NCBI GenBank assembly: GCA_965215265.1
Contig: OZ244048.1
Span: 672,001 to 736,000 of the forward strand
DNA length: 64,000 nucleotides
Direction of reading: 5' to 3'
DNA from: Candidatus Poribacteria bacterium
GTDB lineage: Bacteria > Poribacteria > WGA-4E > WGA-3G
The position numbers and the translations under genes were made by a program. Shown one piece after another: positions 39,821 to 50,348 of this stretch; the first letter of the stretch is position 1, and every line of letters starts with the position of its first letter. Below the pieces are notes generated by a model that saw only the letters and a list, made by a program, of their open reading frames with translations, had not been told where the DNA came from and searched no databases.

Positions 39821-42463
39821 CTAAAAGAGCCGCCCTTGTTTAATCTTTTCTCTAATCCGTTCCCGCCCAGCGAGAAAACCGTCTAATAGTTTCTTCTCCC
39901 GGCTCTCAATAGGTAAAGTTTCGGAGATCGCTTGTGCAACGCGATAGAACGCCTCCCGATCGCCCCAACCGCTTTCTCTCAGAAGAGCCAGCATCGCATC
40001 CCGTTGGTTCTTTTCCCACAGACGTAAAGCGTGGTGCAGCACGTCGATTAACTCATCACGGTTCGCAAGGTCAGCAAATGTTCGCGCTTGCGGGCCGAGG
40101 ACACGGATAAACTGCTTCTCTTTCATAATAAATCCCTTCCCACCCCACGTTTGTGCAAGGTCAACGCCACACGATTGTGCTAACTTCCGGGCCTCGTCAA
40201 AAAGGACACGCGTCTCCCTATATGCCCAACGCCAAAGGATATAGAAACGGGTGAGGTCTGAAATGTCATCTGTGAACCCGTTGTCCAGAATTTGGTGCAC
40301 CGCGTAATCAGTCGTAATCGTCCGCACATCTTCAAGTAGACGATCCGCACGAATAACCTCTCCCTCAAAGTCCATTACCTTCTCGTATTTACCGAAAACC
40401 TCTATGGCAGCACCGATGGCGGCAATGAAGAAATCCGCACCGCTCAGACCTTCCCGCCAAAGCCGGTGGAGTTTCTTATTAAGGTACGTTGCCATCTCAG
40501 TTTTGATGTCGTTGTAGAAACCCGTCGGTTCGCGTGCCATCTTCCGCGCGCCGATGTAGATAGAAGATGCGAGAACCGCAGATTCTCTCGCACGAAGACG
40601 CGAGACCATCTCCGTATGCAGAGGCCAGGCACCCGTCATAACCAATCCGGAATCGAGGAGCGAGTTAATCAACGTCTCCCAACCCTCAGTCGATTTGTGT
40701 GCATAGACGATGACGACGACACCGCTCGGTTTCAAGACACGATGAATTTCTTGGAAAGCTTGCTTGAGCGACTCCTCAAAAGACTGCTTTCCCGCCTCAA
40801 AACCGCCCGGACCGTGTGAATACGCAACAGTCTCGTTTGTCTTCGGGGTTAACGGCGTAGAGAAGAGCTCAGGATAGACATCGCCTAATGTCCGCTTCAA
40901 CCAAACATAAAAGAAATCAGAGAGATAGGAATACGGCACGTTGTCGTAGTACGGCGGATCGGTAAATACAGCATCAAAGAAGTTGTCCGGATACAGTAAG
41001 TTCGCCGCTGAGGATTGGGTAACGTTAGCCTTATTTGGACTGGCGTATGAACAGTGTGCTATCACTTTCAAATAGGATTGGCCGCCACTCTCAAAACTGC
41101 CAGAAGATCCGCTGAATGGATTAGCTTCTGCATAATCCCAAATCATTGGTAGCGCCTGTCTTGCATAAAGATGTGTAATTGATTCTGAACTGTTAATCCA
41201 TCTCGAAAGTGTATTGCTACAGGCAGCAAGCATGTCTAATCTCAATGCCAAATAACTCGCGACTGCCTTCGAATAGTCCGCATCAATTCCTTCTCCTATC
41301 ATCCGTTGATACGCTGCTCTCACTTTATCTACGAAGGTTATGAGTGCCAACTTTTGCCTGGCGTTGAAGAGATCTCCCCATCTCAACATGCCGTAACCCT
41401 GTATCCGAAAACCTAATGTGCCTCTGGGCGGTAAGGGCTCATCCGGCACCGGGTCCATACCCCACGCCAATTCCAACTCCTCCTGCTTCTCTGCAAGGCA
41501 GGCCTCAGCAGATGCAAAGACAGCCAGGTCTGTATCCGTTGCTCCGCGATAACGTTTCCCTTTCGTGCCACGCTTGTGTGTCACAACGGCAACTATGCGT
41601 GCTCCTGCTTTTCCGTCTTGAAACAGTTTGCGGGTTGTTTTGGCCGCTACTGTAGTTCCACAGACAGGACAGACTGCCACTGCACGTGAGACGGTGCCTT
41701 TTGTTGGATCAAACCCAGCGGGCATCTCTTGATACCCGTTACCGACAATTCTGAATTCCACCTTTCCGTCTTTACTGTAAGGATAGAGCGCGACCTTCTT
41801 TTTTGCTTTCTGTGCCAGCCAGAATTGGCGCATGAGCGGAATTTCTGCACCGCACAATGGATTCTGACACGGTATCGTCCGCGCCCAAATCCAGCCCACT
41901 GGTATTGAACCGTCTGTCTCTTGCAAGTAGAACCTGCCCAATTCCTTTTTTGCTTCTGCAAGTACCCATGCGCTCCATTTCTTGACATCCTCCAGCAATG
42001 GGTTTTTAAACTCCTCAAGCATGCCGTATTTCTGCGGATATTCCAAGGTGCATTTCTGAATTAACACCGCGACGGGGTTGAGATCATTGGAATAGGTTTC
42101 ACATCCAAGCCGCAGTGCCTCCAGCGGAATTGCCCCACCGCCGCCAAAGGAATCGAGCACCTTCGGTGGCACGCCTCCGTTTGCTTCTAGGATTTCTTTC
42201 CGCGCCTTTTCGATCACGACGGCATTTAGCGAACTTTCCTATCTTGAGAGATTGATGATAAAATTCCGTTTCCGGTTCCAATCGTCGGTATCCTTCGGCG
42301 GTGGAATCAAGGCGGCATAGGCAGTCGTGCGTGAGGAGGCGAGCGGGCGTCGCGCCCACCAGATATGAAGTCTAGAGATGTGTCCGTGACGGATATACCG
42401 CTCGTGGGTGGATTCGGCGGAGATTTCTTTGACTGGGAAACTCTCTTCAATCAGACGTTTCAT
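39821..42463 (-). pseudogene. DUF1156 adenine DNA methyltransferase interrupted by one in-frame TAG (42239-42241)
   Basis: ORFs 42463-42239 and 42217-39821 share a frame: ..[18 protein letters not shown]..; [35 protein letters not shown], Zn-ribbon cysteines, [21 protein letters not shown]. Confidence 0.85.
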
Positions 42464-42631
42464 TTCATTTCCTTAAGGGGTCCAGTACACGGTGCCGTTC
42501 CTGCGAATACAAGAAGATTACAAGCAGAAATATGATGGTACGCAACAACGGTCCGCGAGGGAGACAGTAAACGCGCAGAGGCGGTGAGAGGATTAGGATT
42601 GCACAGACAAGGATGCTGTTTGTGCAAATAC

Positions 42632-42814
42632 TTAACTTATATATAGAGAAGGGGGGGGGTAAATTTGAATTAACTTACCGTTAAAATAGACAAGAGCGTG
42701 ATTCAACGCGGTAGTTTCGCCCTTCCACCTTGAATAGAACTCGTTGAGGAGGTGGAAATCCTGCCCACTCTCTTTTTGGAATGTTGTGGTTTTGTCAGTA
42801 CTACAATGTTTCAT
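42632..42814 (-). CDS. Putative 60-aa mini-ORF/leader peptide ending YPPPSLYIS
   Basis: ATG 14 nt downstream of a -10 box; C9 tract encodes PPP; no RBS and no recognised domain. Confidence 0.3.
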   Translation of the reverse strand: MKHCSTDKTTTFQKESGQDFHLLNEFYSRWKGETTALNHALVYFNGKLIQIYPPPSLYIS

Positions 42815-42827
42815 GTCATCTAACTCG

Positions 42828-42856
42828 ATAATACACGAAGAGCAAAAAGTTTGCAA
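42828..42856 (-). promoter_or_regulatory. Internal sigma70-like promoter upstream of the methyltransferase
   Basis: Minus strand TTGCAA-17 bp-TATTAT with AT-rich upstream DNA. Confidence 0.45.
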
Positions 42857-43140
42857 AAACAACTATTTTTTTTATTTATCTATATTTTACCAAAAACACG
42901 CGGAAAATACAAATCTTTTTTTAGTCAATTTTCTGCTGCCTAGGTTGCTTGTCCTTTCTAGGAAAAAATAAATTTACTAAAGTGTCGAAACCACTCAGGC
43001 ACGTTCGTTTATCTTCTTGCACGTCCGAAGGGTGATTGCGTGATGTATGTCTTGTTTGTCTGTAGCTGCTCTGTGCCCAAATCTACGGACAGCACCCTAT
43101 TGTCTCACTTCAAGGGCTCATCTGTAATTGTTCAACTTGT

Positions 43141-46100
43141 TTACTCTACTGGGATGCCTTTTTCGCGAATTTCGCCTAAAGAAATCTGATAGCGAACCAC
43201 TTCAATCGTTTCTTCAGGGCGCGTCTGTTCTGCGGGATTCTGGAGAATATAGAGCTCGGGCTGTATTGCAGCATTGAGGACAACGTAGAGGAAATAGTCT
43301 GATTTGAACTGTTTAGCCTTAAACCACTCGTTTTGTGTCAAAGTCACTGCCCCAAGTTGTGCCCGCGCTTTGACTTCGATGTACCGTTTTACCGCTGCCT
43401 TATCCGTTGAGCGTACATCGAAACCTAAATTTTGTGCGGAAACATCTTCGGGTGTGCGTCCTTGTTCACGTTCATAATCCATTGTTACTTGCATGCCGAT
43501 TTGCTCAATCTGCGGTTCGCTTTTCATCTGTGCTTCCGCCATTGAAGTAGGAATTACCCGAATTGCACTGACAAAATTGGGTGTATTTATCGTGAGAGCT
43601 TTCTCTTGTGCGATGGTTTTCTCCAACTTCTTAAGAGCAGATTCATAGTCTTGCTTCTGTTCTTTTTTGTTATGTATGGCCAAATCGACGTTTTCGCCTT
43701 CACTCTGGCGTTCATAGAGTTTAATCAGTTCACCGTCCAATTGGAGAATGAAACTTTCAAGCGAGGTACGTCCATATTTTTCTTTTATGAGTGCTTGTCG
43801 CTCACGTTCAACCGCGAGCTCACATTTGTAATCTTCGAGGACAGGTATTAATTGTACCGTACACTGATTTCTCAAAGTTTCGATGTCCATTGCTTCCGTG
43901 CGTTGTGTGCTTTCTGCCAGATCCCAAATGGTCGCAGGGTCAATAGATTCAAACGTTTCTGTATCGGATTTGACGTAAAACGCAAAGAGCCGGGTGCCAA
44001 CGGTATGACCTAAGCCGTCGCGGATTTCACCTTCATAGAATAGAATAATGCCATCCATTTCCCCGTCGGGGTCTTCAAAAACTGCACCCTGTTTTAGACA
44101 GTCGGATAATTCGTTTTTTACCCAGTGGAGTATAGCTTCGAACAGCGGGTGCCCAAAAGAGATGAATTCGGCATCGGGGTTTTTGAAAGCGAATTCCTTG
44201 TCGAAAGTGGCTTTGGAGTATCTTCTTGCCAGATCTCCGTGTTTGCGCTTGAAGCTATCTTCTTGAGCAAGTTTACGGATCGAGAAGGGGATACTTTCTA
44301 TTGCCAGGAATCCGTCTCTGCGAGTTCGCAAGGTGCCTTTTAGTACTGCGAAGGCTTTTCCTACAAAAGCCTCGGTGTATTCAGGAATAAGACGGTGTTC
44401 ACGGGCACGGTCTGCCATTTCGTTGATGCGGGTGTAGTCAATGTAGTGGGTAGCAAGGCTTTCTCCTAAGTTGTTCTTGACTTGGTTGATATAGTCCGTA
44501 TCGACCTCAATGTCAATTTCCGCGAGAATTTCATCGAGGCTTTTCGCACTGGCTGCTGCTTCCCGTAACAGATGTTCAAGGTCTACCCCATAAAGTACTT
44601 CGTTCAATACGTCGAAAACCTTATCATTGCCCAATGCACTTTTGATTTCTTCAATCTTTTTGAAAAGTGTACTCAAGACCTGGCCTTCTCGAGTGTCTTC
44701 GGCGACAAGATTGTAGACGTATACTTCTCGCGTCTGTCCATAGCGATGAATACGTCCCATCCGCTGCTCTAACTGATTCGGATTCCAAGGTAAGTCGTAG
44801 TTAATCATCAGGTGGCAGAATTGTAGGTTGATTCCTTCACCTGCGGCTTCGGTTGCGATGAGTATTTCAGTTTCGTTTTTGAATTCGTTCTCGGCTGCGA
44901 TTCGGTCCTCATGTGCCAAGTTGCCATGAATTACTGTGACGGTATATCCCCAAGCCGTCATCTTACCCTGAAGGTATGAAAGCGTATCTCTGGATTCGGT
45001 GAAGATGAGAATCTTTTCACCGGCGAAATCAGTCTTCCATTTATCAAGCGTCTTCTTTAGTTCCCGTACTTTGATTTCGATTTCACCTTCGATGATTTCT
45101 TGCGCGGTGTGTGCCAGCATTTCAAGGGTTTCGATTTCACGTCTCAGTTCGTCCTGATTTTCTGCAACCGAAAGCGTCTCCCAAATTTCTTCTTTCTCCC
45201 ATCTTTCCTCTTCACTCAAATCGTTAATTTCCTCAAAATCAATGAAGTTAACAGTTCTCTTTTCCTCTTCTACGTCTTCGAGCAATTCCTGAAGTTTTGT
45301 TTTCCGTCGTTTAAGTGAATTGCGTAATGCATAGGTACTGGAAGCCAACCGTCTCTGTAAAATCACTAGTGCAAATGCCACGTTGTTCTTTTTATCTTTC
45401 GTCAATGCTTTGTTATATTGACTATTGACATAGTCAGAGAGTTCGTTGTAGAGTTCTTTTTCTTTCGGTGAATCAACACCTAGATTAAACGGTAGCGTTT
45501 GAACATGCCTGGGAAGAAAGAGCGGTTTACCTTCAAAATCCTTCAAATCTTCTTTCACACGCCGAAGGAAAAGGGGGTTATCTTTCGTCGCAATAGATTC
45601 AGTGAGCATTTCACTGTTTGCAAAGAATCCGGGTTCAAGGAGATCCAAGAATAACCTGAAATTCTCTGGATCGCCCTTATGCGGTGTTGCCGTGAGAAAT
45701 AACAGATGGGTTGAGATTCTGGATAGGGTTTCTCCTAATTGATACCTGCTGGTTTTCTTCAACTTTTTCCCATACTGGTATGCTGCCATTTTGTGTGCCT
45801 CGTCCACGACAATGAGATCGAAGTGGGCCGACCCAATTGCAGGCATCACATCATCACGTTTTGCGAAATCTATGGAAGTAATCAGATGCGTTTCACGCGT
45901 CCAAAGGTTCTCACCGGGTTGTGAAGCAAGAACCGCTCGATCGATGATAACAAAATTTTCTTCAAACCGATCCTTCAGTTCACGTCGCCATTGGTTCTTG
46001 AGGTGCCCCGGCACAACAATCAAAATTCGGTTAATGATGTGCCGGAGTTTTAGTTCCTTGATAATTAGACCTGCCATGATTGTTTTACCAGCACCGGGGT

Positions 46101-46470
46101 CATCTGCAATCATAAAGCGGATTCGTGGAAGTTTGAGAATATGCCCATAGACCGATTCCACCTGATGTGGTAAGGGATCCACTTTAGAGGCATTTATCGC
46201 GAAAAGCGAATCATAGAGAGCAGCATATCGGTATCGTAGTGCCTCAAGACTCAGGAACACGTGGGGTGCCAATGCCGTGAAGTCCAGTGCCAGTTTCTCT
46301 GTCTGCAGTGCGTCTGCTTCGTTCCGGAGCATCAATTGGTCTATATGTCCGCCGGAATCGATGGTGGAGCCAATTAGATGGATATACTCGCCTCTCTCTT
46401 GCCATAGGTCAATTTTTACCGGTTCGGGCCATTTATTAGATTTTACGATGTCCCCGCTTTTAATATTCAT
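43141..46470 (-). CDS. SNF2-family helicase with C-terminal DUF3883 (NOV-C) nuclease
   Basis: PLPHQ, ADDPGAGKTIMAG, DEAHK, LTATPH, RRLASS, EAAGEGINLQ, QRMGRIHRYGQ; C-terminal GFDVRS..YIEVKAR..LTQNEW. Confidence 0.93.
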   Translation of the reverse strand: MNIKSGDIVKSNKWPEPVKIDLWQERGEYIHLIGSTIDSGGHIDQLMLRNEADALQTEKLALDFTALAPHVFLSLEALRYRYAALYDSLFAINASKVDPLPHQVESVYGHILKLPRIRFMIADDPGAGKTIMAGLIIKELKLRHIINRILIVVPGHLKNQWRRELKDRFEENFVIIDRAVLASQPGENLWTRETHLITSIDFAKRDDVMPAIGSAHFDLIVVDEAHKMAAYQYGKKLKKTSRYQLGETLSRISTHLLFLTATPHKGDPENFRLFLDLLEPGFFANSEMLTESIATKDNPLFLRRVKEDLKDFEGKPLFLPRHVQTLPFNLGVDSPKEKELYNELSDYVNSQYNKALTKDKKNNVAFALVILQRRLASSTYALRNSLKRRKTKLQELLEDVEEEKRTVNFIDFEEINDLSEEERWEKEEIWETLSVAENQDELRREIETLEMLAHTAQEIIEGEIEIKVRELKKTLDKWKTDFAGEKILIFTESRDTLSYLQGKMTAWGYTVTVIHGNLAHEDRIAAENEFKNETEILIATEAAGEGINLQFCHLMINYDLPWNPNQLEQRMGRIHRYGQTREVYVYNLVAEDTREGQVLSTLFKKIEEIKSALGNDKVFDVLNEVLYGVDLEHLLREAAASAKSLDEILAEIDIEVDTDYINQVKNNLGESLATHYIDYTRINEMADRAREHRLIPEYTEAFVGKAFAVLKGTLRTRRDGFLAIESIPFSIRKLAQEDSFKRKHGDLARRYSKATFDKEFAFKNPDAEFISFGHPLFEAILHWVKNELSDCLKQGAVFEDPDGEMDGIILFYEGEIRDGLGHTVGTRLFAFYVKSDTETFESIDPATIWDLAESTQRTEAMDIETLRNQCTVQLIPVLEDYKCELAVERERQALIKEKYGRTSLESFILQLDGELIKLYERQSEGENVDLAIHNKKEQKQDYESALKKLEKTIAQEKALTINTPNFVSAIRVIPTSMAEAQMKSEPQIEQIGMQVTMDYEREQGRTPEDVSAQNLGFDVRSTDKAAVKRYIEVKARAQLGAVTLTQNEWFKAKQFKSDYFLYVVLNAAIQPELYILQNPAEQTRPEETIEVVRYQISLGEIREKGIPVE

Positions 46471-46551
46471 TCTTATTCATCATTCCTTGTTGTGGGCTAT
46501 TCTGACAAAAAGCCGGACTTAACGTGACATTTTCTCTAGTCGTTAACAGAG

Positions 46552-46580
46552 ATTATATCGAATTTTTATCTGAATGTCAA
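46552..46580 (-). promoter_or_regulatory. Perfect consensus sigma70 promoter of the defence operon
   Basis: Minus strand TTGACA-17 bp-TATAAT, about 80 bp before the helicase ATG. Confidence 0.75.
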
Positions 46581-46746
46581 ATGATTTTCTCCTTTTTCCG
46601 TCTCCTGTTTGCGAACGCCTACTTTATTACAAGATTGACGGTTGGGCGGAGATATGAGATGTAAAATAGATGGACAAAAAGGGTAAAGCATAGTAAAATT
46701 TTATCAAAGTTACAATATTAAGAATAAGGTAAGGCATCGAGTCGAA

Positions 46747-47556
46747 ATGACACCTAAACAACGTTATCTGTTCGATTTACGAGGCTATCTCCATTTAGAG
46801 AATATCTTAACAGCACAAGAACTGAGCAACGCGCAGGAAGCGATTGAAAAACTTGTGCAGTCGGCACCAGACGAATTACCTGCAGGTATTCAACGGGGCG
46901 GAGAAGGTTTTTCAAACGGATTCTCTGCGGATAAGTCGCTTGAGGCCTTGACACTGCATCCGGTTACCTGGCCGATTATCAGGGAATTGACATCGGACAA
47001 ACCGCGTTTCAACCGGGGCTCTCTTGTGGTGAACACGCATCACCGGCGCAAAATCACACCGCTTCATTGTGCACGAGAACACTTTCGCTGGACACGCCGT
47101 TACGCTGTGAAAAACGGCCAGATTTTCAATAACGACATCGTGGTTTTCTTCTATTTCACCGATGTGCATCCGGGCGATGGCGGCTTGGTGGTTGTGCCGG
47201 GTTCGCATAAAAGTCAGTTTGAGCGTACCGAAGAGTTGTTTTTTCCAGATGCAGATGATTTGGACGTAGAACTCCATCCCGCGCTCGTCAACGTAACCCC
47301 GAAAGCCGGTGATGCCGTGATTATCACCGAGATGCTCACACACGGAGTACTCGTCTGGAAACCGCGACACAGGGACCGGCGATTCCTCATCCTCCGATAT
47401 AAGACCCAGTTTTTTCAAGATGATCGCGGTGTTCGAGAGGCTTTCCCGCCTGAAGTGATGCAACGACTCTCGCCGGAGACAAAAGCCTTAGCAGCGTTCG
47501 GGAACTATTGGGAAGAGAAGGACATTGTCAAACAGGATATCGTGACGTTGACATGA
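46747..47556 (+). CDS. Phytanoyl-CoA dioxygenase (PhyH) family protein
   Basis: YLFDLRGYL, TDVHPGDGGLVVVPGSHK, KAGDAVIITEMLTHG..W..RR. Confidence 0.88.
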   Translation: MTPKQRYLFDLRGYLHLENILTAQELSNAQEAIEKLVQSAPDELPAGIQRGGEGFSNGFSADKSLEALTLHPVTWPIIRELTSDKPRFNRGSLVVNTHHRRKITPLHCAREHFRWTRRYAVKNGQIFNNDIVVFFYFTDVHPGDGGLVVVPGSHKSQFERTEELFFPDADDLDVELHPALVNVTPKAGDAVIITEMLTHGVLVWKPRHRDRRFLILRYKTQFFQDDRGVREAFPPEVMQRLSPETKALAAFGNYWEEKDIVKQDIVTLT

Positions 47557-47619
47557 AGAGGAGATTCTTAATTTTCTGAGTTAATCCTGTATTTTTGTGG
47601 TTATCTTGTGCACTTCCGT

Positions 47620-47910
47620 ACAACGGATATACCACGCATGACTTCACATTTGTCCCCTTAAAATATCACGGTAGTTTTCGATTGCAGAGTTTGTGGAACA
47701 TAGATTGGCCGGCGGCGGATCGAAACGGAAACAACTCCGGGAGCAGACGAACGTTAAGGAATTGGGTGGGTGGGCACCAGAAGCGAAAAATATACGAGAG
47801 TACCTCTTGCGTGGCGGATTTATTATGATTGACGATTTCCATCGCACGCAGCAATAGAAACGGTTTTACAAACAGTTTAAGAAATTCTTCCCAAAACAGC
47901 CGACCTCATT
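47620..47910 (+). pseudogene. Degraded DUF4159-like gene fragment
   Basis: FTFVPLKY..WNIDWPAADRN in one frame, then EAKNIREYLLRGGFIMIDDFH.TQQ*KRFYKQFKKFFP in another; frameshift, deletion and stop. Confidence 0.65.
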
Positions 47911-48377
47911 CTCGCTTATGGCAAACAGTACATGGAGAACGCATCAGGCAGCGCGGCAGGCCAGGATGAATCTTTGCAGCATTTTGGGGCGGCAGGATCT
48001 GCGCCACATGCTGAAATACAGTTACTGGCGCACCGTACCGCCAGCCCGAGATTGGGTACAAGAACTGGATTTTGATTTTCAGACAGCAGCGTATGGCGGG
48101 CACGGTGTTGCCCGATACGTTGTGCACATGTTCTATTGGTTGTGTGGCAAGTCCGATGAATTCCGCCTCATCGGGGGGCAAGCGTGGCCCTGGTCTAGTG
48201 TCAATCAAATTGGACCTTCCTACGGATTTGGGCAGGCAGAAGGTTATGGAGAAAATTGGCGAAAGAATAACCCGGGTGATTATGCAACTGCTTAACTAAG
48301 TGAGACGCGAAAGATAATTACTGCACACCGTGTCCAGATTTTCAAGTCATGGAAAGGTACCGATCATTTATTTCGTT

Positions 48378-50303
48378 ATGTCAAAACCGTTATTGAAAAA
48401 CCAAACACCCCATCCCGGCGTGACGTTGCGTGCTATCATACTCGGTTTGCTGCTGATTCCGGTCAACACCTACTTTATCATGGCAAACCATCTCAAGTTT
48501 TGGAGTACCCTACCGACCACGATGTCACTCATCTACAACGTGGTTATCACCTTGGTGGTGCTGATTCCGTTCAATCTATTGCTGCGTCGGTTTCTGCCGC
48601 GGTTTGCGCTCAAACAGGGTGAACTGTTGACAGTTTTCGTCATGCTCTCGCTCTCCTCGGCGATTGCGGGCCATGACATGATGCAGACGGTGATTCCGAC
48701 AATTACGGACGGTTTCTGGTTCGCTACACCGGAAAATGAGTGGAGGCAAGTTTTCTGGCGGTACCTTCCGGCTTGGCTGACGACTAACGATTTAGCAAGT
48801 CTACAAGCACTCTACGGTGGTGATAGCACACCTTACACGAAGACGAATCTCCACGGCTGGCTCCGTCCTATACTTTGGTGGACAGTGTTGCTGACGGTGT
48901 TGATATGGGTGATGATCTGCTTGGATGTTTTTCTGAGAAGACAGTGGATCGAACGTGAGCGGTTGTCGTATCCGATTGTGCAATTGCCGTTGGAAATGAC
49001 ACGTACAGATGGACGGTTTTTCAAATCAAAGGCGATGTGGCTCGGATTTGCTATTGCAGGGGGTATCAATCTCATCAACGGTTTGCACATCTTTCTGCCT
49101 GGATTCCCGGAAATCCCCGTACGGCATGCTGAAATCGGTCAGTACTTCACTCAAAAACCGTGGAACTCAATTGGCTGGACACCGGTTTATCTCCGCTCGT
49201 TTGCTGTTGGGCTCGGTTACCTGATGCCGTTGGAGATGTCCTTCTCTATATGGTTTTTTTATTGGTTCTGGAAGGTGGAGCGCATCGTAGGGAGTGCTAT
49301 GGGGCTTGATATCCTGCCACAGTTTCCTTACGATTGGCAGCAGGTAATGGGAGGTTACCTTGTACTTGCTTGTTTAGCCTTGTGGGGCGGCAGACGTTAC
49401 TTTTTTGCGATAGGTAGACACATTTTTGGTAGACGGAAGAGACCCGGCGACATTGACGATAGCACGGAACCGATGCGTTACCGCTGGGCGACATTTGGCT
49501 TGATTTGCGGGATACTGTTCTTGGTTCTTTTTTCTTCCCAAGGGGGAATGGAGCTCTGGACGATTGTGCTCTATTTCCTAATCTATTACCTGCTCTCTAT
49601 GAGTCTGACGCGTATCCGTGCTGAAGTCGGTCCGCCGACGATCCGCACGTATGCGACACCTCACGGCATCATGACCGATCTATTCGGAAGCCGGTGGCTT
49701 TCGCACGGAAGCTTGACGATGATGCGGTTCTATCAGACTTTCAATAGAGGGTCGCGCGCGCACCCGATGCCGCATACGCTTGAAGGGTTTAAGCTCGCAG
49801 AGGAATCCGGCATGCACTCTGGCAGATTAATTGTGGCGATGCTGTGTGCTGCAGTGGTTGGAATTTTGGCCGCGTTTTGGGCATATCTCCTCGTCGGATA
49901 TGAAATCGGTCTGGTCAGCGACCTTGGGACAGGTGGGTACAATCTCTTACGAAATTGGATCTATGCGCCAACGGACCCGGATGTTCCAGCTGTTGTTTTT
50001 ACGGGCATCGGTGCGTTCTTCACAAGTTTCTTGTGGTGGCTGCGTACCCGTTTCCCGTTCTGGCCCTTTCATCCGGCTGGCTATCTTGTCGCCGGCGAAA
50101 AGTCTACGATGGGTAGGCTCTGGTTTTCGATTTTTCTCAGCTGGGGTATCAAAACCGGGCTGTTGAAAGTCGGGGGCATCCGTCTTTACCGCAAAGCATT
50201 TCCACTCTTTTTAGGGTTAATTCTAGGTGAGTTTACCATCGGTGGGATTTGGGTGCTAATTCGGCTTTTCACGGGAATGCCGATGTATTCGTTTTATCGA
50301 TGA
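48378..50303 (+). CDS. Polytopic membrane protein, DUF6785/DUF6784-like (putative peptide transporter)
   Basis: Many TM segments; RRQWIERERLSYPIVQLP, TRIRAEVG, WPFHPAGY, PLFLGLILGEF. Confidence 0.8.
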   Translation: MSKPLLKNQTPHPGVTLRAIILGLLLIPVNTYFIMANHLKFWSTLPTTMSLIYNVVITLVVLIPFNLLLRRFLPRFALKQGELLTVFVMLSLSSAIAGHDMMQTVIPTITDGFWFATPENEWRQVFWRYLPAWLTTNDLASLQALYGGDSTPYTKTNLHGWLRPILWWTVLLTVLIWVMICLDVFLRRQWIERERLSYPIVQLPLEMTRTDGRFFKSKAMWLGFAIAGGINLINGLHIFLPGFPEIPVRHAEIGQYFTQKPWNSIGWTPVYLRSFAVGLGYLMPLEMSFSIWFFYWFWKVERIVGSAMGLDILPQFPYDWQQVMGGYLVLACLALWGGRRYFFAIGRHIFGRRKRPGDIDDSTEPMRYRWATFGLICGILFLVLFSSQGGMELWTIVLYFLIYYLLSMSLTRIRAEVGPPTIRTYATPHGIMTDLFGSRWLSHGSLTMMRFYQTFNRGSRAHPMPHTLEGFKLAEESGMHSGRLIVAMLCAAVVGILAAFWAYLLVGYEIGLVSDLGTGGYNLLRNWIYAPTDPDVPAVVFTGIGAFFTSFLWWLRTRFPFWPFHPAGYLVAGEKSTMGRLWFSIFLSWGIKTGLLKVGGIRLYRKAFPLFLGLILGEFTIGGIWVLIRLFTGMPMYSFYR

Positions 50304-50348
50304 AAGGCGAGATTTCCTCGTCTGAGCTAACATACTAGGAGACAAAAA

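Noticed and set aside
42239-42241. Amber recoding (pyrrolysine or genome-wide TAG reassignment), prompted by two apparent TGG>TAG sites (42240 and about 47855)
   Set aside because: TAG is a normal stop for argC, the aldo/keto reductase, ggt and DUF499; no pyl genes are seen; the second site lies in an otherwise broken pseudogene.
42099-42359. Programmed frameshift joining the two methyltransferase ORFs via this 86-aa ORF
   Set aside because: The two parts are already in the same frame; this ORF is an off-frame shadow.
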